Origin: Oceanicoccus sp.
GTDB taxonomy: Bacteria > Pseudomonadota > Gammaproteobacteria > Pseudomonadales > Dasaniaceae
Reading direction: 5' to 3'
NCBI GenBank assembly: GCA_965661375.1
Contig: CBFIDJ010000013.1
Coordinates: forward strand, 62,455-126,454
Length of the DNA: 64,000 nt
Every line of letters starts with the position of its first letter. Position 1 is the first letter of the stretch. Positions 41,596 through 50,018 of this stretch are shown here, in pieces. The notes below the pieces were generated by a model. The model was not told where the DNA came from, did not search any database, and saw only the letters and a list, made by a program, of their open reading frames with translations. The position numbers and the translations under genes are program-made.

Positions 41596-41641
41596 CAGTC
41601 GTTGGGTGGAGATTAATCAGCTTGTCAGCTCAGGGGGAAGC

Positions 41642-41754
41642 AAATAGGAGGTTTAGCAGGGTAAATTGATGAGGGAAGATTTCTCTTCCCCATCCAGGTC
41701 TCGGTGTTTTTATTATTCTATGAATATTATTTTTATATAATTATTTTTATTATG
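41642..41754 (-). ncRNA. crcZ: Predicted short CrcZ-like sRNA, copy A (cbrB-proximal); 3' end uncertain
   Basis: Starts about 12 nt after a sigma54 -12 element; several AAUAAAAA/AAUAAUAA motifs, 18-nt shared core, GAAA-tetraloop hairpin at 41668-41694, ACCUCCU tail. Confidence 0.72.
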
Positions 41755-41764
41755 TAATTGTAAT

Positions 41765-41780
41765 AGCATGTCCCGTGCCA
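41765..41780 (-). promoter_or_regulatory. sigma54 -24/-12 promoter A
   Basis: TGGCACGGGACATGCT on the minus strand (GG-N10-GC). Confidence 0.85.
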
Positions 41781-41798
41781 ACTTTAAATTTCCTTTAA

Positions 41799-41811
41799 TA
41801 TCAATAAGTTA
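41799..41811. promoter_or_regulatory. IHF site A
   Basis: TATCAATAAGTTA is an exact match to WATCAA-N4-TTR within an AT-rich tract. Confidence 0.75.
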
Positions 41812-41852
41812 AAAAATTTTTAGTTAAAAAATACCAAAGTAGAAGCGTGTAT

Positions 41853-41901
41853 CGTTACCAATTAACTCGTCGACTGTTACGAAAAAGAAGGTTGGGTAAC
41901 G
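41853..41901. promoter_or_regulatory. CbrB-type enhancer A (three GTTAC subsites)
   Basis: CGTTAC(41853)-N16-TGTTAC(41875)-N15-GTAACG(41896). Confidence 0.75.
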
Positions 41902-42130
41902 TAAATGCAACGGAGCGTTAGCTATTATTGCGATTATGTTTTTGCCGGTTTGTTCTAATTCAAAATCGGTCAAAGCGATTGTGAATAGTCTGCTCAATAT
42001 TAGCTGGTTATGCTCGATTCTATTTCCTGGCCTCGTGGTTTTACTCAGCGTGACCAGAAACGGTGGTGGATGGGTGCTGCGGGAGGCTATTTAGGAGAGG
42101 GAGGCGAACTCGAAGGCCTGTTAACAGGCC

Positions 42131-43552
42131 CTAGGAACTGGCGGATTTGCTGCCTTTCTTTCTGGGGATGCCTAAACGCTGGCGGCGCTCCCAGAGGCAT
42201 TTCCGGCTGACCCCTAACTTGCGTGCTAATTCAGTCTCGCTCATGGAGTCCTGGTGTTCCAGAACAAAGCGCTGGAAGTAATCTTCGAGTGACAGGTCTT
42301 CAGTAGAGTCACCGCTATCCTCTTCAGCCATGGCGGGCATGGCTTGTTCAGAGGCAATGGTCCGTTTGGTGCGAATCTGGGTGACGTTGACCAGCTCCAG
42401 GTCGATATTGAGCAGGTCATTATCGATGCTGTCACTCTCAGAGAGAATCACCGCACGCTCAATGACATTTTCCATCTCGCGTACATTGCCGGGCCAGGTA
42501 TAGGTGGTAATCGCCTGAATTGCCTTTGGTGAGAAATGCATCAGAGCTTTGCCGAACTGAGCACAACGGCGCTCCAGAAGGGTTTCGGCCAGTTCCAGAA
42601 TGTCCTTGCCGCGCTCTCGCAATGCTGGCAGTTGTAACTGAATAACGTTGATTCGGTAATAGAGATCAGGGCGGAACTGGTGGTGATGGGCGAGGGATTT
42701 AAGGTTGCGATGGGTGGCGCAGATTAAACGCACATCGACCTTGCGCGATTCCACCGAGCCAATGCGGCGAATTTCATCCTCTTGAATAAAGCGCAGCAGG
42801 CGTGCCTGAGCCTCCAGAGGCAGTTCACCGATTTCGTCGAGGAACAGGGTGCCGCCATCGGCCGCTTCAATCAGCCCCATACGATTGGTATTCGCACCGG
42901 TAAAGGCACCACGTTCATAGCCGAATAGTTCAGACTCAATCAGTGTTTCTGGAATCGCGGCGCAGTTAACACTGATGAAAGGTTGCTCGGTGCGCTTGCT
43001 ATAGGCATGAACAGCCTTGGCTACCAGCTCTTTACCGGTGCCGGTTTCACCTTGAATCAGTACCGTGGTGTCCGTGGGGGCGACTTTAATCACATGATCG
43101 TAGAGTTGCATCATCGGTTGGCAGCTGCCGATCATTTCACCGAGGTGCGGGTGGCCGCGCTTGCCGGATTTACGGCGTTGTTCTTCAGGGATGTGCTGGG
43201 GCGAGTGGTTGGCGATGATGGTTGCTACCGATTCCAGCATCTCATCGTGGTCAAAGGGTTTGGCAATATAGTCTACGGCGCCGCTTTTCATGGAATCGAC
43301 GGCGGAGCGCAGGCTGGCATAGCTGGTCATAATCAGCACTGGTACATCACCTGCATGTTTGATCAGGTCAGTGCCCGGGGCACCCGGTAGTCGCAGGTCA
43401 CTGATGATCAGGTCAAAGCTGTTTAAGTCAAAATTGTCCTGGGCTTCCTGCACTGAGCCGGCTTCGCTAATCTTGTAATCGTGTCGTTCCAGCAGTTTGC
43501 GCAGGGCGCTGCGAATGACTGTTTCGTCCTCAACGATGAGAATGTGTTCCAT
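42131..43552 (-). CDS. cbrB: sigma54-dependent response regulator CbrB
   Basis: Receiver (DLRLPG), AAA+ GETGTGKE, ESELFG..RGAFTGA, DEIGE, WPGNVRE; C-terminal LSLEDYF...ETELARKLGVSRKCLWERRQRLGIPR typical of CbrB; cbrA-cbrB-pcnB order. Confidence 0.93.
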   Translation of the reverse strand: MEHILIVEDETVIRSALRKLLERHDYKISEAGSVQEAQDNFDLNSFDLIISDLRLPGAPGTDLIKHAGDVPVLIMTSYASLRSAVDSMKSGAVDYIAKPFDHDEMLESVATIIANHSPQHIPEEQRRKSGKRGHPHLGEMIGSCQPMMQLYDHVIKVAPTDTTVLIQGETGTGKELVAKAVHAYSKRTEQPFISVNCAAIPETLIESELFGYERGAFTGANTNRMGLIEAADGGTLFLDEIGELPLEAQARLLRFIQEDEIRRIGSVESRKVDVRLICATHRNLKSLAHHHQFRPDLYYRINVIQLQLPALRERGKDILELAETLLERRCAQFGKALMHFSPKAIQAITTYTWPGNVREMENVIERAVILSESDSIDNDLLNIDLELVNVTQIRTKRTIASEQAMPAMAEEDSGDSTEDLSLEDYFQRFVLEHQDSMSETELARKLGVSRKCLWERRQRLGIPRKKGSKSASS

Positions 43553-43679
43553 TACTAAACCTTTTGTGACACATAATGGGCGTTACCTGTGTATCAAGGT
43601 AACATAACGCTAATCACCTGCGATTGCCAGTACCCACACTGAGAATGTGTGTTGTTTTTGTGCAGCTTATTGATCGGGC

Positions 43680-46640
43680 TTAGCTGATCTGTTCAACGGG
43701 TGGTCTGCTGAGCTTGAGGGTGAACCGGGTACCCCCATAAGCCTCGTCGGCAGGGCTTTCCACGCCAATAATGCCGCCAAGATCTTCAACGATGCTGTAG
43801 ACCAGTGATAACCCTAGACCGGTACCTTCTCCGGCTTCCTTGGTGGTAAAGAAGGGGTCAAAGATCTGTTCCTGATGATCCTTGCTGATGCCGGTGCCCC
43901 GGTCGGTGATAGCAATGTGAATCTGGTCCTTCACCCGCTCGCAGTGGACGGTAACCGGGCTGTTTTCCGGGCTGGCATCGCGCGCATTGCTGAGAATATT
44001 GACGAAGACCTGTAACAGACGCTGGCTATCCCCTATGGCATAGAACTGATCGTTGCAGTGATTTTGAAAGTCGACCTGTTTGGCTTCTTTGTTCAGTCGC
44101 AGCAGGTGAATGGCTTCATCTACACAGGATTGAATATGAACTGGCCGCAATTCGTGTTTATCACCCTCCGCACCGGCATGGGCAAAGTTAACCAGTGTCT
44201 GGACGATTTTTGATACCCGGTCGGTCTGTTCCAGAATTTCTTTAGCGGTGTTGAGGCTCTCGGGGTTTTCCGTGTCGTAGCGCAGGTTCTGCGCCAGGCA
44301 GGCAATGCCGGTGATCGGGTTGCCAATTTCGTGGGCCACGCCAGCCGCCAGCCGGCCGATGGAGGCCAGCCGTTCACTGTGAAGTAGTTCATCCTCCAGT
44401 AATTGCACGTCGGTGGTATCTTCCAGCACGATGACCTGGCCGTCATTGGCCTCGCCATAGGCGTTGACCGTGGTTTTGTGCAGGTTAAACCAGCGGGTAC
44501 TGCCCTCAACTTCCAGCGGCTGTTTGTAAAGGTGTGACTCGGTCTGGTCGCTGAAAGCGCCTAACAGTTTGCCCCAGGGTTGTGGCAACTTGTGCAGGTT
44601 AGAGCCGATCACCTCAAAGGTGGTGATATTGGTGAGCTGGGCGATGGTGTCATTCCACATCAAAATTTCATCATCCTCCCCCAGTGAGCAAACACCTACA
44701 GGTAAATTCTGTAATGTCTGGCGATGGTAGCGCCGCAGGTTGTCGAGATCGGCGGCAAGGCCTGTCAGGTGAACTTTATAGTTTTCCAGCTGGCCCTCAA
44801 TCATATTGATGTCTTCACTCTGGCTGTCATCCTGGCCGGCCTTATAGGGCAGTAGCTGGTTCACCATGTCATTGGCAACGGAGGGGCCAAGCAGGCCGGA
44901 TAAATTAGCTTCCAGCCGATAGCGTAGGCGGCGCAAGGCAAAGGGCCGGGTTTCATCGGCGGGTATTTTTAATTCGTAGAGGGCGCGGTCGACTTCGCGC
45001 TGGGCGGTGCGCATGCCCAATGCTGTGGCCAGTTGCTCCTTCATTTGCTCCGGGTTTTTAACACTGAGCAGGCGTCGGGTAGGCCGGCTGAGGTCATCGG
45101 TGGCGCAAACTTCGGCGGCGGCCTGTTCCTCCTCCGAGGTGGTAGTGAGTGCGGAGACAATGCCAAACACCAACAGGTTCAGGCCTAGCGCCGTCATAGC
45201 AGCAGTGCTCCACAGGTCGCCATAGGTCTGATCCAGATAGATTTTGCTGAACACGTCGGGTTTAAAGTCGCTGATAATCGGGAGTAGTAGTGTTACAAAC
45301 CAAACGCTGAAACCGGTGATCAGCCCGGCAATAAATCCCTTGCGATTGGCGCCCTGCCAATAGATGGCAGCCAGCGTTCCTGGCAGAAACTGCAGGGTGG
45401 CGATAAAGGCGGCCAGACCCAGGTTGGACAAGGCTTCACGGCCGGCAATGAAGCGGTAAAACACATAGCCCATGAGGATAATAAAAATAATCAGCACGCG
45501 GCGAATCCACAGCAGCCAGCGATAAATATCGCGGTCGCCACTGGGTCGATAAATAGGCAGAATCAAATGTTTGAGGCACATGGAGGCCAATGCCAGTGTG
45601 GTCACGATGACGGCGCTACTGGCTGCGGATAACCCCCCCACATAGACCATAACGGCGAGTAGTGGCGAATCCAGTTCCACCCCTAGAGCCAGGGTGAAGT
45701 ATTCCGGTGGCAGCGTGGTATCCAGCTTAAAGCCTGCCCACAGGATGGGCAGTACCGGCAGGCTCATCAGTAGCAGAAACAGCGGCAGTCCCCAGATGGA
45801 CCGTTGAATGGCTTCGTTGTTCGGGTTCTCGGCAAAAATCATATGGAACAAGTGCGGCATGGCGACGGCGGCGGAGAAGAAGATCAGCAGCAGTGCTCGT
45901 GCCGAGTCGTCCCGCATTGGTGAATTCAATAGCGAGAGAATTTCCGGGTGCTCGCCTAACCACTGGTCCAGTCCACCGAAGCCGCCAAACACACCAAACA
46001 CGGCGACACCGCCAGCAATCAGCATGGCGAGAAGTTTGACAATGGATTCAAAGGCAATGGCAACGACCAGACCATTGTGCCGCTCGTGGGCGGTGAGGTG
46101 GCGCGAGCCAAAGGAGATGGTAAACAGGCAGATAGCCACACAAAAAATAAAGGCCAGCTTATTTTGGTGGGTGTCACTGGTGAAGTAATTGCCGTCATTC
46201 ACCGTCAGGATATGCAGGCTATCGGCCACTGCTTGAATCTGTAGCGCGAGCAGCGGCCAAACCGCCAGCACCATAAATATGGTTATCAGCGAGCCGGCCC
46301 ACTGGCTGCGAAACCGAAAGGTGAGGATATCCGCCAGTGAGCTGTGTAAGTAGGCGCGGCTGATACGCCAGATCGGTAACAGCAGTAACGGCGCCAAAAG
46401 AAAAGTCGCCGCAACGCCCAGGTAATAGGACAAAAAACCGTAGCCGTATTCATGGGCCAGGCCGACCACACCGTAGATAGCCCAGGCACTGGCGAATACA
46501 CCCAGGGAGAGCACGTAAGTAAGGGGGTGGCGGATAATTTGTTCGGGGATGCGCCGGCGATCCGCGAGGTGAGCAATACCAAACAGGATCAGTAGGTAGG
46601 CAATACCGATGGCAAACAGCTGGGATAATTCAAAGCCCAT
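43680..46640 (-). CDS. cbrA: SLC5 (Na+/solute symporter)-PAS-histidine kinase CbrA
   Basis: About 13 TM segments of symporter type, then a linker/STAC region, PAS-like region, H-box AGVAHEIGNP, FDPFFTTK, GTGLGL; ATG at 46640. Confidence 0.93.
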   Translation of the reverse strand: MGFELSQLFAIGIAYLLILFGIAHLADRRRIPEQIIRHPLTYVLSLGVFASAWAIYGVVGLAHEYGYGFLSYYLGVAATFLLAPLLLLPIWRISRAYLHSSLADILTFRFRSQWAGSLITIFMVLAVWPLLALQIQAVADSLHILTVNDGNYFTSDTHQNKLAFIFCVAICLFTISFGSRHLTAHERHNGLVVAIAFESIVKLLAMLIAGGVAVFGVFGGFGGLDQWLGEHPEILSLLNSPMRDDSARALLLIFFSAAVAMPHLFHMIFAENPNNEAIQRSIWGLPLFLLLMSLPVLPILWAGFKLDTTLPPEYFTLALGVELDSPLLAVMVYVGGLSAASSAVIVTTLALASMCLKHLILPIYRPSGDRDIYRWLLWIRRVLIIFIILMGYVFYRFIAGREALSNLGLAAFIATLQFLPGTLAAIYWQGANRKGFIAGLITGFSVWFVTLLLPIISDFKPDVFSKIYLDQTYGDLWSTAAMTALGLNLLVFGIVSALTTTSEEEQAAAEVCATDDLSRPTRRLLSVKNPEQMKEQLATALGMRTAQREVDRALYELKIPADETRPFALRRLRYRLEANLSGLLGPSVANDMVNQLLPYKAGQDDSQSEDINMIEGQLENYKVHLTGLAADLDNLRRYHRQTLQNLPVGVCSLGEDDEILMWNDTIAQLTNITTFEVIGSNLHKLPQPWGKLLGAFSDQTESHLYKQPLEVEGSTRWFNLHKTTVNAYGEANDGQVIVLEDTTDVQLLEDELLHSERLASIGRLAAGVAHEIGNPITGIACLAQNLRYDTENPESLNTAKEILEQTDRVSKIVQTLVNFAHAGAEGDKHELRPVHIQSCVDEAIHLLRLNKEAKQVDFQNHCNDQFYAIGDSQRLLQVFVNILSNARDASPENSPVTVHCERVKDQIHIAITDRGTGISKDHQEQIFDPFFTTKEAGEGTGLGLSLVYSIVEDLGGIIGVESPADEAYGGTRFTLKLSRPPVEQIS

Positions 46641-46851
46641 TCTTGTGCTTTTCCTGTTCCGTGAGTACACGCTGACGGTGCTCACTGCTGTGGATACTCC
46701 ACCAGACCAAAATAATGGCACCAAGCCACAGGATATAGGGGCGATACCAGGCGGTGCCACCCTGTGTCACCCACTCCTGAATAGATGGCGTAAACACAAA
46801 GGTTACCAACATTAGCAATAACAGAGTGGGATTGATGTTCATCGTTGGCAC
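46630..46851 (-). CDS. cbrX: Small membrane protein CbrX, overlapping the cbrA start
   Basis: Two hydrophobic helices with a WYRPYILW motif recalled from Pseudomonas CbrX; 11-bp overlap with cbrA, consistent with translational coupling. Confidence 0.8.
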   Translation of the reverse strand: MPTMNINPTLLLLMLVTFVFTPSIQEWVTQGGTAWYRPYILWLGAIILVWWSIHSSEHRQRVLTEQEKHKNGL

Positions 46852-46974
46852 TATCGCCTTTTGGATAGCAGGCGCTCTATGGAGAATGGGCGGATGGTAC
46901 GCAAGCCGCTGAAAATATGCAAAAACCTTCTCTGCGAATCAGGGAAAATTATCTGAGTCAGAACTTGAGTTCGC

Positions 46975-47865
46975 TTAGGCCTGCACGATTTGTAACTGTG
47001 CAGGAATACGGCTCAGAGACCAATGTTGCACTGCCCATGCAAGAATCTGCTCGGGCTGCTGCTGTAACTCCTTTGCTGGCAGTGGCTGTTGCAGGAAGCT
47101 GAGAGCAGTGATCAGATTGCTGCAAGCCTGTTTAGCCTGTAACGCAGGTGCGAAGGTCTGCTTGCTCAGTTTCTGCCCCAGCGCATTGGCGATCACGGGG
47201 AAATGGGCGTAGCGTGGTTGTGGTAAGTTCAAGCAATGTTGTAGGTATATCTGTCTTGGAGTTGAATCCAGCAGATCCGAGCCTCGTACGATATGGCTCA
47301 CTCCCTGCGCGGCATCATCAACCACCACGGCCAATTGATAGGCGAACAGGCCATCCTTGCGCTTGAGTACAAAGTCACCCAGCTCGCGCTCTAAATGCTG
47401 GGAAAAATGATGTTGAATCAGGTCGTCAAAAACGATTGTTTCCGCAGGAACTTGCAGCCGAATAGCATAGTCCTGGTCATAGCCCCGGTCGGTTGGAGGT
47501 GATAGCTGGCCCCGGCATTTTCCAATATAGATGCCGTTGTTATTTTTCAGCTCGCTGCGGGAGCACTGACAGAAAAACGCGTGGCCGGTCTCCAGTAATT
47601 GCTCGATGGCGGCTTGATAAACTTCATGTCGATCGCTCTGCCATAGCACCTCTCCATCCCAGAGCAGTCCGTGATCTTCCAGGCTTTGCAGGATCGAACT
47701 GGCAGCCCCCGGTACTTCCCGGGGTGGGTCGAGGTCTTCCATGCGCACCAGCCACTTGCCCTGATTGGCCTTTGCGTCCAGATAACTGGCCACGGCCCCT
47801 ATCAGGGAGCCGATATGCAGGTCCCCGGTGGGGGAGGGAGCGAAGCGACCGATATAGTCTGTCAT
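46975..47865 (-). CDS. gluQ: Glutamyl-Q tRNA(Asp) synthetase
   Basis: GRFAPSPTGDLHIGS, RMEDLD, CQCSR, YQLAVVVDD, RGSDL, KLSKQ; downstream of dksA. Confidence 0.96.
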   Translation of the reverse strand: MTDYIGRFAPSPTGDLHIGSLIGAVASYLDAKANQGKWLVRMEDLDPPREVPGAASSILQSLEDHGLLWDGEVLWQSDRHEVYQAAIEQLLETGHAFFCQCSRSELKNNNGIYIGKCRGQLSPPTDRGYDQDYAIRLQVPAETIVFDDLIQHHFSQHLERELGDFVLKRKDGLFAYQLAVVVDDAAQGVSHIVRGSDLLDSTPRQIYLQHCLNLPQPRYAHFPVIANALGQKLSKQTFAPALQAKQACSNLITALSFLQQPLPAKELQQQPEQILAWAVQHWSLSRIPAQLQIVQA

Positions 47866-47940
47866 GTTGATTTGATCGTTGTTGAGAGATACAGGCGTAA
47901 ACCCCTAACCTTATCGACAAAGTTGTGGATAGCTCAAATA

Positions 47941-47975
47941 AAAATGGGAGAGCCTGTCGTAGGTTCTCCCATTTT
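47941..47975 (-). terminator. Terminator/attenuator hairpin between dksA and gluQ
   Basis: AAAATGGGAGAGCCT-GTCGT-AGGTTCTCCCATTTT. Confidence 0.75.
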
Positions 47976-48001
47976 ATGCGTCCAGTTGTTACTTTCAGGT
48001 C

Positions 48002-48442
48002 TTAGCCCATTTGCTGTCTTTCTTTAATTTCATCGAGTGTTTTACAGTCGATGCACTGTGTTGCAGTAGGACGGGCTTCCAACCGTTGAATGCCGATTTC
48101 AACGCCACAGGCTTCACAGTAGCCATAGTCGTCGGCATCAATCAAATCGATAGTGCTGTCGATTTTCTTGATGAGTTTGCGCTCACGGTCACGGGTGCGA
48201 AGTTCCAGGCTGAATTCTTCCTCCTGAGTGGCGCGGTCGGCTGGATCAGGAAAGTTTGCCGCTTCGTCCTTCATATGGGTAACCGTGCGATCCACCTCTT
48301 CCATCAGTTCAGCTTTCCAGGACAGCAGGATCTTTCGAAAATGCTCTCGCTGGTTGTCGTTCATATACTCTTCACCCTTTTTGGCCTTATAGGGGGTAAA
48401 GTTATTAAAATTGCTTGCCTGAGCAGTTTTTTTCTTGGGCAT
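48002..48442 (-). CDS. dksA: RNA polymerase-binding transcription factor DksA
   Basis: [31 protein letters not shown]. Confidence 0.99.
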   Translation of the reverse strand: MPKKKTAQASNFNNFTPYKAKKGEEYMNDNQREHFRKILLSWKAELMEEVDRTVTHMKDEAANFPDPADRATQEEEFSLELRTRDRERKLIKKIDSTIDLIDADDYGYCEACGVEIGIQRLEARPTATQCIDCKTLDEIKERQQMG

Positions 48443-48800
48443 CGCTTAGTCTCACTTGTTGCTGACAGAGGCTTGCTATCTGTTTGTCGCACCGGTCTGT
48501 GAGTAATACAGCAGTACGCAGTCGGGGCCAGAGAGCAACTTTTCAAAAACGTCGAAACCTACCAGATTTATCGAGCCTGCGCCAGCTAATTATTCGGTTA
48601 AATGCGTTGTTTTCCGACTTATGTCGCCGGGCGTGATGGCTTGCCGGTTTAGCGCTACCAAAAGGGATTGCTGATAGAATGGCGGCCGGAACATCGGACG
48701 GCATACTGCGGGAGTGCAATTACCCAGTGATGTACGATGGCTCCCGCAAAATAATGGTCTTGTGAAATCAAATTTTAGAAAATCAGGAAGCTCAGTTTAG

Positions 48801-49979
48801 GTGTTTAATCCACAATTACCCAAACGGTCCTTTGCCCGGCGTTTAGAGGATATTGAGCCTTTTCGTGTGGTTGAAGTGCTCGATCGGGCTAAGCAACTGC
48901 AAGCCCAGGGCCGAAATATCGTCCATCTGGAAGTTGGCGAGCCAGACTTTTCAACCGCTGAGCCTATTATTCGCGCGGGTCAGGCGGCGCTGGAGAAGGG
49001 CTTGACCAGTTACAGTCAGGCCGCCGGTATCCCCGAACTGCGCCAAGCCCTGAGTGAGTTTTATCGGCAAGAATACCATCTGGAGGTCGACCCGGGGCGG
49101 ATTATGATTACGCCAGGCGCTTCGGGCGCCCTGTTGCTAGTGGCTGCTCTGTTGATGAATCCCGGCGACGGTATGTTGATGACCGACCCTGGCTATCCCT
49201 GCAATCGTCATTTTCTGCGTTTGGTGGAAGGTGAGGGCCAACTGGTTCCGGTAGGTCCGGAAGATCGTTATCAATTGACTGCGGAGCAGGCTGCGCAGTA
49301 CTGGCGGGACAATACCATCGGTGCCATGGTGGCTTCACCTGCTAATCCCAGCGGTGAGATTCTTTCCCTGCAGGCACTAACGGACTTATACCGGCTCTGT
49401 GAGCAGAAAAACGGCTTTCTGGTGGTGGATGAGATTTATCATGGTCTCAGTTACGACGAGCCGGCGCCCACCGTGTTGTCCGTGACGGATCAGGCCTTCG
49501 TGATCAACAGTTTTTCCAAATACTTTGGCATGACCGGCTGGCGTCTGGGCTGGCTGGTCGCACCCGAAGCTGCTGTTCCAGAGTTGGAAAAATTGGCACA
49601 GAATCTATTTATCTCCAGCTCAACCATTGCCCAACATGCGGCACTGGCTGCATTTACCCCCGAGTGCAGACACATTCTTGAACAGCGAAAAAGGGCGTTT
49701 GCCCACCGCCGTGATTATCTGTTGCCGGAGTTGCAGCGCATGGGTTTTGACATTCCACATTGTCCGGCAGGGGCGTTTTATCTATATGCGGGCATTCAAG
49801 CCTTCTCCAATGACAGTCAGCGGTTTTGCCTCAAACTGTTGGAAAAGCACGGGGTCGCGATTACGCCGGGTGCGGATTTTGGTCGGTATTTACCCGAGCA
49901 GCATGTGCGCTTTGCCTACACCACGGGTATGGATCAATTAGAGGAGGCTGTGGCCCGTCTTGATCGTATTTTTGCTTAA
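48801..49979 (+). CDS. PLP-dependent class I/II aminotransferase
   Basis: LEVGEPDF, ASPANPSG, VDEIYHG, NSFSKYFGMTGWRLGW, GAFY. Confidence 0.93.
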   Translation: MFNPQLPKRSFARRLEDIEPFRVVEVLDRAKQLQAQGRNIVHLEVGEPDFSTAEPIIRAGQAALEKGLTSYSQAAGIPELRQALSEFYRQEYHLEVDPGRIMITPGASGALLLVAALLMNPGDGMLMTDPGYPCNRHFLRLVEGEGQLVPVGPEDRYQLTAEQAAQYWRDNTIGAMVASPANPSGEILSLQALTDLYRLCEQKNGFLVVDEIYHGLSYDEPAPTVLSVTDQAFVINSFSKYFGMTGWRLGWLVAPEAAVPELEKLAQNLFISSSTIAQHAALAAFTPECRHILEQRKRAFAHRRDYLLPELQRMGFDIPHCPAGAFYLYAGIQAFSNDSQRFCLKLLEKHGVAITPGADFGRYLPEQHVRFAYTTGMDQLEEAVARLDRIFA

Positions 49980-50018
49980 TCTACGTTAATTCATCTAGTT
50001 TATGTAAGTGCCTGGTCT

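Noticed and set aside
41126-41780. The 18-nt repeat pair as CRISPR repeats, att sites or IS ends
   Set aside because: Only two direct copies 520 bp apart, each inside a promoter-RNA module; no integrase, transposase or target duplication.
15458-46760. Upstream start extensions in the track for glyA (15458), thiL (19693), dxs (25856), xseB (27223) and cbrA (46760)
   Set aside because: They overlap neighbouring genes or promoters and add non-homologous residues; downstream ATG starts give family-typical N-termini.
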